Source: Felis catus
Lineage: Eukaryota
NCBI RefSeq assembly: GCF_018350175.1
Contig: NC_058368.1
Span: 165,852,001-165,916,000, forward strand
Reading direction: 5' to 3'
DNA length: 64,000 nt
The translations under genes were made by a program, and so were the position numbers. The notes beneath the pieces were generated by a model. It worked only from the letters and a program-made list of their open reading frames with translations. It had not been told where the DNA came from and ran no database searches. Of the stretch, positions 52,815 through 64,000 are shown in pieces (position 1 is the first letter of the stretch; the number at the start of each line of letters is the position of its first letter).

Positions 52815-55800
52815 AGGGGGCCAACATGGCAGAGAAGTAGGGGGAATCCATACTTCCCATGTCTCTCAAACAAAGAAGTGTAGAAGCCAAAGGACTTTGA
52901 ACACCAGAGCCTGGGAGGAAAAGAGACTGAATTTACCAGGAAGAAAATTGGAAAGCTGGAGAAAAGATAGGTGGGTAACTGTGAACTGGGAGAGATTTAA
53001 AAAAGGCCATGTGGGCAAGGAGGGGAGACAAAGAGAAGAGAGACAAAGGGAAGAGAAAGAGTGGCTAGGGAAGTGCAGGACCCTATCTGGACAGGAGAAA
53101 GACCTCCGACCGAGACTGAGAGGGATCTGATCTCTAACTGTGGGGCTTTCTTCAAACGTGGGCCTGCTCCCTGCTTGCACACCTGGGGAGGAGGGGAGCC
53201 AGCCCTGGGTGTGGTGGTAGGTCAGACTTTCAGTTTGTAGCTGGAGAAAGTGGTTCCCTCCCTGGAGGGCTGTGCGATAGCACAGAACCCGCCAGCATCT
53301 GCCACTTCCAGGGCACAGTGGCTGGGCCTAGGGCACAGTCTGCAGGAGAAAAAGGCCACCGTGTCCCTGGAGTGCTGTGGGAAAAGACAAAGGTTGCTTG
53401 CATCCGCCACCCTGGGGGCTCACAGTGGCAAGGGTGGCGGCAAGGCAGCAGCTATGTCAAAGTAGGAGAAGGCGGTCCTCCCTGAAGTGCAGGGCACAGA
53501 CAAAGCCAGCCAGCTGGGACCACATATCCCGCCCTGAGAGGTGCTTTCCCAGTGCCAGAGCACACAGAGCGGGACCTTGAATCCTAGCCAAGCGCAGGGT
53601 CAGGGGAGTTGGCAGAGAGGGAAGGACCACCGCATCTGCGCCCGGGGCACAGTGAGAACGACTCAAACTGAGTCCACCAGGTCTGACTCCATGGAGAAGA
53701 GACTGGGGGATCACCATTCCCCCACCCTCCACCCCCACCACCACCAAGGCGGAGCCTCAGGGATCACTCCTGGAGCCCATGGTGGAGGTGGGTTCAGATT
53801 AAGCCAAACCACGCCCCCTTGCACTGGGTAAGTGTGGATCCACCTGAATGGCACAGACCCTGCGGACAGCTACTACCTACAAGCAATGCAGCATTGCCTG
53901 GATTAACCCTAGGTCAATTCTGGATATATAGATATATTCTCCCCACCGCCACCCTCCCCGCAATTCTCCTCCTTATCTCTTCCCTCTCCTAGGCTGGTTA
54001 CTCTGGTTATTGGTCTATCTAAACAGACATATTTAATCCATTGTCTTGATACATGTTTTACACCTCCTTCTTTGCACTCCTCTCTCTCTCTCTCTGGAAT
54101 AATCAAGCCATATAGTTTCTCTGCCTGGGTAACTTTATCTTCGCTTCTTTCCCCATCTCCATCTTTATTTTCCTTTCTCTCTCTCTGGATTAAGCCTTTT
54201 AGTCTCTCTGCCTAATCAATGCCCCCACCCCACTCCTGTCATTTCTCTCTTTGTATGTGCTCTTCCATCAGCACCGCCTCCACCCTCTTCTTTACTTGTA
54301 GCCGGTGTTTTTGGGTTTTATGATTTTAGTCTTTAGGTTTTGGTTTCTGTTTGTTAGTTTATGTTATTTGTGTGTATGCTTATTTACATCTCTTGTTTGT
54401 CTATCTCTTTTCCTTTACAGGGCTACTCCAAGGAAAATATCAAAGCACATCTGGTGAAGGGTTCAAAATATTACTATGAGTAGGGTAATAAAATAACAAA
54501 AGTCACAACAACAGAGAGCATGTAACAATCTCTGGAAAAACACCTCCTGAAGGGCCAGGCCCTGGACAGTGTATGACCCTCCTTTATATAGCAGTGCTCA
54601 CAGGTGTGGAGAACACAACAAGCTTTTAATATGCATAAGGGACAGAAAACTAGGTAAAATGATGAAAAGGAAGAATTCTTCTCAAAAGAAATTTTAGGAT
54701 AATGAATTGATCAAAACCAATTTAAGCAATATAATGGAACAATAATTTAGAATAATAGTCATAAAATTAATTGTTGGGCTTGAAAAAAGCATAGAGGACA
54801 GCAGAGAATCTATTGCTATAGAGATCAAGGGAGTAAAAAATAGTCACGATGAATTAAAAAATGCTATAAATGAGGTGCAAAATAAAATGGAGGTGGCCAT
54901 CACATGGATTGAAGAAGCAGAGGAGAGAATAGGTGAATTAGAAGATAAAATTATGGACAAAGAGGAAGCTGAGAAAAAGAGATAAAAAAAATCCAGGAGT
55001 ACGAGGGGAGATTTAGAGAACTAAGTGATGCAATCAAATGGAACAATATCTGTATCATATGAGTTCCAGAAAAAGAAGAGAGAGAGAAAGGGGCTGAAGG
55101 TGTACTTGAACAAATCATAGTTGATAACTTCCCTGATCTGGGGAAGGAAACAGGCATTGAAATCCAAGAGGCACAGAGAACTCCCTTCAGACGTAACTTG
55201 AATCGATCTTCTGCATGCCATACCATAGTGAAACTGGCAAAATACAAGGATAAAGAGAGAATTCTGAAAGCAGCTAGGGATAAACAGGCCTTAACATACA
55301 AAGGTAGACACATAAGGGTGTTAGCAGACCTATCTACTGAAACTTGGCAGGCCAGAAAGGATTGCAAGGAAATCTTCAATGTGATGAACAGAAAAAAATA
55401 TGCAGCCAAGAATCCTTTATCCAGCAAGTCTGTCATTCAGAACAGAAGGAGAGATAAAGGTATTCCCAAACAAACAAACAAACAAAAAAAAAATGAAGGA
55501 ATTCATCACCACTAAACCAGCCCTGCAAGAGATGCTAAGGGGGATTCTGTGAGTGAAATGTTGCAAGGAGCACAAAGTACCAGAGACATCACTACAAGCA
55601 CAAAACCTACAGACATCACAGTGACTCTAAACGCATATCTTTCAATAATAACACTGAATGTAAATGGAATAAAAGCTCCAACCAAAAGACATAAGGTATC
55701 AGAATGGATAAAAAAACAAGACTCATCTATTTTCTGTCTACAAGAGACTCATTTTAGACCTGAGGGCAGCATCAGATTGAAAGTGAGGGGATGGAGAAGT

Positions 55801-58800
55801 CAAAAGAAAGCTGGAGTAGCCATGCTTATATCAGACAAACTAGACTTTAAAGGCTGTAACAAGAGATGAAGAAGGGCATTATATAATAATTACAGGGTCT
55901 ATCAATCAGGAAGAGCTAACAATTATAAATGTCTATGTGCTGAATACAGGAGCCCCCAAATATATAAAACAATTAATCACAAACATAAACAACCTATTGA
56001 AGAGTGTGGTAATTGGAGGGGACTTTAATACTCCACTTAGAACAATGGACAAATCATTTAGACACAGGATCAATAAAGAAACAAGGGCCCTATTCAGTAC
56101 ATTGGATCAGACGGACTTGACATATATTTAGAACTCTGCATCCCAAAGCAACAGAATATACTTTCTTCTCGAGTGCACATGGAACATTCTCCGATATAGA
56201 TCACATACTGGGTCACAAAACAGTCCTTCATAAGTATAAAAGAATTGAGATCACACCATGCACACCTTCAGATCACAATGTTATGAAGCTTGAAATCAAC
56301 CACAGGAAACAATATGGAAAACCTCCAAAAGCATGGAGGTTAAAGAACACCCTACTAAAGAATGAATGGGTCAACCAGACAGGTAGAGAAGAAATTAAAA
56401 AATACATGGAAACAAATGAAGATGAAAATACAACAATCCAAACGCTTTGGGATGCAGCAAAGACAGTCCTGAGAGTAAAATACATTGCAATCCAGGCTAT
56501 CTCAAGAAACAAGAAAAATCCCAAATACAAAATCTAACAGCACACCTAAAGGAAATAGAAGCAGAACAGCAAAGACACCCCAAACCCAGCAGAAGAAGAG
56601 AAAAATAAAGATCAGACCAGAAATAAACAATAAAGAATCTAAAAAAACTGTAGAGCAGATCAATGAAACCAAGAGTTGGTTTTTTGAAAAAATAAACAAA
56701 ATTGATAAACCTCTAGCCAGGCTTCTCAAAAAGAAAAGGGAGATGACCCAAATAGATAAAATCATTAATGAAAATTGAATGATTACAACCAATTCCTCAG
56801 AAATACAAGCAATTATCAGGGAATACTATGAAAAATGATATGCCAACAAACTGGACAACCTGGAAGATGGACAAATTCCTAAGCACACACACACTTCCAA
56901 AACTCAAACAGGAAGAAAGAGAAAACTTGAACAGACCCATAACCAGCAAAGAAATTGAATCAGTTATCAAAAATCTCCCAACAAATAAGAGTCCTGGACC
57001 AGATGTCTTCCCAGGGGAATTCCACCAGACATTTAAAGGAGAGATAATACCTATCTTCTCAAGCTGTTCCCAAAATAGAAAGGGAAGGAAAACTTCCAGA
57101 ATCATTCTATGAAGCCAGAATTACTCTGATTCCTAAACCAGACAGAGGCCCAGAGGAAAGAGAGACCTACAGGCCAACATCCCTGATGAATATGGATGCA
57201 AAATTTCTCAACAAGATACTAGCAAATCAAAATCAACAGCATATAAAAAGAATTATTCACCATGATCAAGTGGGATTCATTCCTGGGATGCAGGGCTGGT
57301 TCAACATTCGCAAATCAATCAGGGTGATACATCACATTAATAAAAGAAAAGATAAGAATCATATGATCCTGTCAATCGATGCAGAAAAAGCATTTGACAA
57401 AATTCAGCATGATTTCTTAATAAAAACCCTCGAGAAAGTAGAGATAGAGTGAACATACTTAAACATGATAAAAGCCATTTATGAAAAACCCACAGCTAAT
57501 ATCACCCTCAATAGGGAAAAACTGAGAGATATCCCCCTGAGATCAGGAGCAAGACAGGGATGTCCACTCTCACTGCTGTTGTTTCACATAGTGTTGGAAG
57601 TGCTAGCATCAGCAATCAGACAACAAAAAGAAACCAAAGGCATCAAAATTGGCAAAGATGAAGTTAAGCTTTCACTTTTTGCAGATGACATGATATTACA
57701 CATGGAAAACCCAATAGAATCCACCAAAAGTCTGTTAGAACTGATACATGAATTCAACAAAGTCACAGGATACAAAATGTACAGAAATCAGATGCATTCT
57801 TATACACTAACAATGAAGCAACAGAAGACAAATAAAGAAACTGATCCCATTCACAACTGCACCAAGAAGCATAAAATACCTAGGAATAAACCTAACCAAA
57901 GATGTAAAAGATCTGTATGCTGAACAATATAGAAAGCTTATGAAGAAATTGAAGAAGATATAAAGAAATGGAAAAACATTTCGTGCTCATGGACTGGAAG
58001 AATAAATATTGTTAAAATGTCAATACTACCCAAAGCTATCTACACATTCAATGTAATCCCAATCAAAATTGCACCAGCATTCTTTTTGAAGCTAGAACAA
58101 GCAATCCTAAAATTTGTATGGAACCACAAAAGACCCCGAACAGCTAAAGTAATTTTGAAGAAGACCAAAGCAGGAGGCATTGCAATCCCAGACTTTAGCC
58201 CCTACTACAAAGCTGTAATCATCAAGACAGCATGGTATTGGCACAAAAACAGACTCACAGACCAATGGAATAGAAGAGAGACTCCAGAATTAGACCCAGA
58301 AAAGTTGGGCCAACTAATCTTTGACAAAGCAGGAAAGAATATCCAATGGAAAAAAGACAGTCCAACAAATGGTGCTGGGAGAGCTGGACAGCAACATGCA
58401 GAAGATTGAAACTAGACCACTTTCATACACATTCACAAAAACAAACTCAAAATGGATGAAGGACCTGAATGTGAGACAGGAAACCATCAAAACCTTAGAG
58501 GAGAAAGCAGGGAAAAACCTCTCTGACCTCAGCAGCAGCAATTTCTTACTTGACACATCCCCAAAGGCAAGTGAATTACAAGCAAAAATGAACTATTGGG
58601 ACCTCATGAAGATAAAAAGCTTCTGCACTCCAAAGGGAACAATCAATAAAACTAAAAGGCAACCAACGGAATGGGAAAAGATATTTGCAAATGACATATC
58701 AGACAAGGCTAGTATCCAAAATTTATAAAGAACTCACGAAACTCCACACCCGGAAAACAAATAATCCAGTGAAGAAAAGGGCAGAAAACATGAATAGACA

Positions 58801-59646
58801 CTTCTCTAAAGAAGACATCCAGATGGCCAACAGGCACATGAAAAGATGCTCAACATCGCTCCTCATCAGGGAAATACAAATCAAAACCACCCTGAGATTC
58901 CACCTCACATCAGTCAGATTCCACCTCATGTCAGTTCATAAAATGAACACATCAGGAGACTATAGATGCTGACGAGGTTGTGGGGAAATGGGAACCCTCT
59001 TGCACTGTTGGTGGGAATGCAAACTGGGGCAGCCGCTCTGGAAAACAGTGTGGAGGTTCCTCAAAAAATTAAAAAGAGATCTACCCTATGACCCAGCAAT
59101 AGCACTGCTAAGAATTTACCCAAGGGATACAGGAGTGTTGATGTATAGGGGCACTTGTACCCCAATGTTTATAGCAGCACTTCCAACAATAGCCAAATTA
59201 TGGAAAGAGCCTAAATGTCCATCAACTGATGAATGGATAAAGAAACTGTGGTTTATATACACAATGGAATACTACGTGGCAATGAGAGAGAATGAAATAT
59301 GGCCTTTTGTAGCCACGTGGATGGAACTGGAGAGTGTTATGCTAAGTAAAATAAATCATACAGAGAAAGACAGATACCGTATTTTTTTCACTCCTATGTG
59401 GATCCTGAGAAATCTAACTGAAGACCATGGGAGAGGGGGGAAAAAAAAACCTTACAGAGAGGGAGGTAGGTGAACCATAAGAGACTCTTAAATACTGAGA
59501 ATAAACTGAGTGTTGATGGGGGGCTTGGAGGGAAGGGAGGTTGGGTGATGGGCACTGAGGAGGGCACCTGTTGGGATGAGCACTGGGTGTTGTATGGAGA
59601 CCAATTTGACAATAAATTTCATATTAAAAAATAAAAAATAAATAAA
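52815..59646 (+). mobile_element. Full-length LINE-1 (feline type), degenerate: GC-rich 5'UTR, ORF1 ~54659-55551, ORF2 ~55620-59400, 3'UTR and poly-A
   Basis: ORF fragments show EN (LSIITLNVNG, CLQETH, GDFNTPL), RT ([12 protein letters not shown]) and C-terminal (HCWWEC, EPKCPSTDEW) motifs, with many frameshifts and stops. Confidence 0.97.
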
Positions 59647-59929
59647 CCAACATTAATATACAGTATAAGGTAATAAAGAATCTTAGAACTAATTTATTAG
59701 TACATATAGCTTAGAAATCACAAAATAAAATACAGTTGTGGTCATTTTGGACATATAAAACATAAAATCCTAATATTGCAAATATCATTCTTGTAAAAAT
59801 TTCTTGGTAGCAAACCACCTTCAACTAAATGTTTTTATTAATTCAAAACTTTATTTTAAACTACCTTGTGTTTATAGTTACTATTCAACAAGACCATATT
59901 TTACATGATTCAAAAATAAGAAGTATTAA

Positions 59930-62600
59930 TTGTCTCATTGGCACAATTGTAAACAATTTAATAATTTCTTATGTATATCTCCAATGTTATCCTTGGGACT
60001 CTTTCCATGTCAGTATGTAGGTAGCTTTATGTGATTTTATTTTGCACAAGATAAATATTTTATAGAAATTATGCACATTCGGTAGAATTGATGGAAATGA
60101 TAAAAATGATGGACTGCTATTTCCAATACCCTGTTTATTATTTATTATTATAAATATTTCTGCAAAAAATGGTCTTGAATGTTACTTTATAAACTTGCAG
60201 ATATATATGGACAATAAACTCCTAGAAATCAAATTATTGGGGTGAGGTGGCAAATAAATTCCTTTTTAAATTTGACACGTTTTTGCAAAATATGTGCACA
60301 GACAATGTAGCATTTTTACAGTCACCCACAAAATTAGTGAAAAGACTATCCCTACAATCTTGCCAATAAGTATATTGTCACAGTCTGTATTTCTTTCAAT
60401 GTCTTAGATTAAAAAATTGCATCTCAATGTAGTTTAATTTGCAATTATCTGATTATAAATGAGAGTATATTTTATATGTTTTAAACCATTTCTCTTTATT
60501 TTTCTGTGTAATGTCCATTAATGTCCATGTATGTCCTTTCCTTTCTTTCTATTGAATTTTGAATATAGTCCTTTCGTCTGCAAAAAGCTGCCAATATTTT
60601 TCCAATATAGCATTTATCTTCTCATTTGCTTATAGAATTTTGCCTTCTAGATTTTTAATGTAGTAACCTTTATCAATCATTAATTTATGACCTCCAGATT
60701 TTGCATTGTACTTTAGAAATGCTTACACTATGCCAGGTTTTTTTGTTTTTCCTTCCTAAAATGTATACTTATATTTACTTCTGGTACTTTCATTATTTCA
60801 TATTTTTATTTTAAGTTTTGATCAATTTGGAGTTTATTCTGATGTACAATGTGGTCAAGTATGAGATGAAATATATCTTTTCCACATGCCTAAACACCAC
60901 TTATTCAGAAAGTCTAATTTTACCCTATGACTTGACACAGACCTTTACTTCAACAGTAAAACACTATGTTCAATTGAGTCCATATCTGGAATCTCTACCC
61001 TGTTCAATTTTTTCTTGCCTGTTTATGCACTAAATTAAAATTTTAATTATTGAAGAATTATAACATGTTTAGGAAAGGCTATTCTACCCCCTTTACTCTT
61101 CTTTTCAAAACTTTTCTGAATATTCTTAATTCTTTGACAGTTTATAGATAGAAACTATCTACCTCAAAGGGAAAAGAACATGATGTTTATTTCTTTTTAG
61201 TCACAGATTTAACATATTGTTATGGTGAAGGGCACAGGTTATGAGTTAAATACCTTCGCATATCTATAAATAGTGATATCCTATATTGGGATTATTTGGA
61301 GGATTACACAAATCAATACATGTTAATATCATAGAAGTATACCTAAAACATTAAGACAGTATATAAATTTAAATATTTTATGTGGCATTAATTATGTTAA
61401 TAGTAAAATTATGAATTAATATAAGTAAAATTGACAATTTAATTATGCTGTTAACCTACCCAAAAATACGGTTTATCTTTCCATTTACAGAAGGTGACAT
61501 TTGACCAAGAGATTTTTTAAATGTTTTCTCCATCTGACCATTTTAAATTTACTCCTAGCCTGTTTCTTTTTTTTGATGAAATCAAAACTACATTTACAAG
61601 ATTATTTCAAATCTTACAGTAAGTAATAGTGTATACATTCTTACTGCAGTATTATAGTCCTTGTAAATGATATGCTATACTTCATTTATCTATTGCGGTC
61701 TTGATTGGCATTTGGATTGTGTCCCGGGTACTCTTACTACTAACTATACTCATATGGACATTCTTTTAGTTATGTTGCACATATAGAAGAATGTATATAA
61801 TGTACATCTAGGAGTGAATTTGGTGGATTTGTGGAGTGCACATTTCAAATGCATAATTCCATGTGATTTTTCAAATGGTTGCATCATTGAATAATCTCAC
61901 CATAGTAGCATTTACTAATTTGCTTTAATCCATATTGTTGGAACTGGGTAAAACAGTTATTAGACTTTTAAGTTTTTAAATTTTAATCAAATGGTATTAT
62001 ATTATATTTTAATTTGTAGTTCTGTATTATTAAAATGATGTTTGGACATCTTTTAATATTTCATTGGCCATTCATCTTTCCTCTTTTTTGCAATGACTAT
62101 CAATTACCTTTGCCCATTGCATTATTAGGTAGCTTAATTTGTTACAGAATTTTGAGAGCTCTTTGTTTTTTTGTTTTTTTTTTAATTTTTTTTAACGTTT
62201 ATTTATTTTTGAGACAGAGAGAGACAGAGCATGAACAGGGAGGGTCAGAGAGAGAGGGAGACACAGAATCGGAAGCAGGCTCCAGGCTCTGAGCCAAGAG
62301 CCCAGAGCCCATTGCGGGGCTCGAACTCACGGCCCATGAGATCGTGACCTGAGCCGAAGTCGGACGCTCAACCGATAGAGCCACCCAGGCGCCCCAAGAG
62401 AGCTCTTTGAATAACCAAGACACCAATTCTTAGTTACATATATTATAAACATTTTCTCAATTTTTCATGCCTTTCACTTTTCATTGATCATTTTATAGGT
62501 GTAACCTCTTAATTTTAATATAAAGCAATTATTTTTTTATTATATGGGCTTCTATTTTTGTTATAAATCTACGCATATTTTGAGGTCAGAAACAATTCAT
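59930..62600 (-). mobile_element. Very old antisense L1 (L1ME-like) fragments
   Basis: Degenerate matches to antisense L1 3' text (tttaatttgcaatt..ctgattataaatgag; gatcaatttggagtttatt). Confidence 0.5.
62165..62395 (-). mobile_element. Young feline SINE
   Basis: TSD gagagctctttg. Confidence 0.93.
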
Positions 62601-63046
62601 TCATATTAATAATAACAAAAAAATCCAAATAAATTATTGCTTTCACCCTTGGCATGATTGTGAGCTTTACTAAAGTTAAGTAACTTCTGTTTAAAAATAT
62701 AAATAAAGATTTGGAAAGAAGTATGCCCCTATAATAGTCCTAAACTTTATTTTATTAAATCTCCATCCTTATCCATTCAGCATATAGTCAACAGGGCCAT
62801 AGCCATCCCATTTGTGCGAGGAGATCAGCAATCCTATGATATATGTTCCCACCTTCATGAGATCATACCTCAATTATCAATCAATGTTTCTTTGGAAGTT
62901 TTAGGAGTGATGTGGAAAATTATCCATTTGCCTCCAGAAGCCCTAAAAAATATCTAAACAGTACATTAACTGAATTAATTCCAAAGCCCCTCTGATCCTT
63001 TGCAAATGTGTCCAGTCACATAACTCAGAGCCCTGGTTCTGCACTT

Positions 63047-63048
<2 letters not shown>

Positions 63049-63092
<44 letters not shown>

Positions 63093-63194
63093 TATACATT
63101 ATATATATGATAATATAAATCTTCTCATAATACAACTTCAACCTAGATATTTCCAGTTAGAATATAAACCCCTCTGATGCAAGTTACAATCCAA

Positions 63195-63238
<44 letters not shown>

Positions 63239-63519
63239 CACAAACAGAAAATTAAAACCTGAAATAAAAATCCTTCTTCTTTTGAATTAAAGGTTAAGAG
63301 TAATTAAATTTATATTCAAATTCTTATTATTCTTCTTTAGCCAGGTAAATGCTTGAGTCCTAAGCAAAGCTATGAAATCTTTCTGCAGCTGCAACCTTAT
63401 CACTGTGAGATAAAGCATATTTCAAGACTGTATAATGTGAATTATTTTGTCCCTATTGCTCTTATTTACTCACATTTCTAGTAAAAATTTTATTCAAGTT
63501 TAACAGGAATATAGAAAAA

Positions 63520-63566
<47 letters not shown>
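63049..63566. repeat. Cluster of three dinucleotide microsatellites: (GT)n 63049-63090, (CA)n ~63197-63235, (CA)n ~63522-63566
   Basis: Direct inspection. Confidence 0.95.
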
Positions 63567-63568
<2 letters not shown>

Positions 63569-64000
63569 TTCATGACATTAACATCTTCTATAATCAGTAC
63601 TCACCCAGAATAAGAAAAGGAGACATCACTCACACCATAAACCCCCATCATGTCTTTCCTGGTCACAATATCTTCCCCTCTAACACCAGAGAAACACCAT
63701 ATTGATATTTAACATCATAGTTTAGATTTGCCTATATTTTGAAATTCACGTAAGTGGGACCATACAGAGTATGTTCTTTTGTGTTTGACTTCATTCTCAA
63801 AGTATGCCCTTTCATCTGCCCTTTGAAACAAAGTACTTTCTCATGTTAAGTGGCCACTGAAAACCATCCTGTGTAAAGTTCAAGACTTCTTTTTCCCATG
63901 GGTTGTCAGCCATTTTCTTATTTATTTGTAGAAGTTTTTTTTTTTTTGGCAGATTATTTTTTATTTTATTTTTTTTCAATATATGAAATTTATTGTCAAA

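Noticed and set aside
52866..54106. GC-rich ORFs and a CpG-island-like region
   Set aside because: They lie within the L1 5'UTR, not a host promoter or gene.
54659..59400. Potentially active L1
   Set aside because: ORF1 and ORF2 both have multiple stops and frameshifts.
61660..61790. Hydrophobic frame (LSIAVLIGIWIVSRVLLLLTILIWTFF) as the missing TM exon
   Set aside because: The DNA resembles degenerate antisense L1 3' sequence (ggcatttggattgt...atggacattctt), so the hydrophobicity is probably due to T-richness.

Overview
AT-rich carnivore genomic DNA, most likely felid, judged from the many feline-type CanSINE/SINEC tRNA-derived SINEs and L1 elements. No intact protein-coding gene is present, and almost every supplied ORF is SINE, L1 or low-complexity noise. 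Between the repeats is a chain of about 15 plus-strand exon-like segments (4.2-52.0 kb). Most have canonical AG/GT splice sites, and several runs have compatible intron phases. Conceptual translation through stops and frameshifts gives motifs in the same order as the CatSper auxiliary subunit delta (CATSPERD/TMEM146), and to a lesser extent epsilon: TGRV, K..C.K....YL, SAHF, PGTSL, SNP, HYG, C.L, QILRGR. This comparison uses sequences recalled from memory, not a search. Identity looks far too low for CATSPERD itself, so the best reading is a heavily decayed unprocessed pseudogene of a divergent CatSper delta/epsilon-family paralog. Also present: a ~6.8 kb full-length degenerate L1 (52.8-59.6 kb), several truncated or inverted L1s, about 28 SINEs (some nested or stacked), MER58-like, MIR and LTR fragments, and microsatellites.
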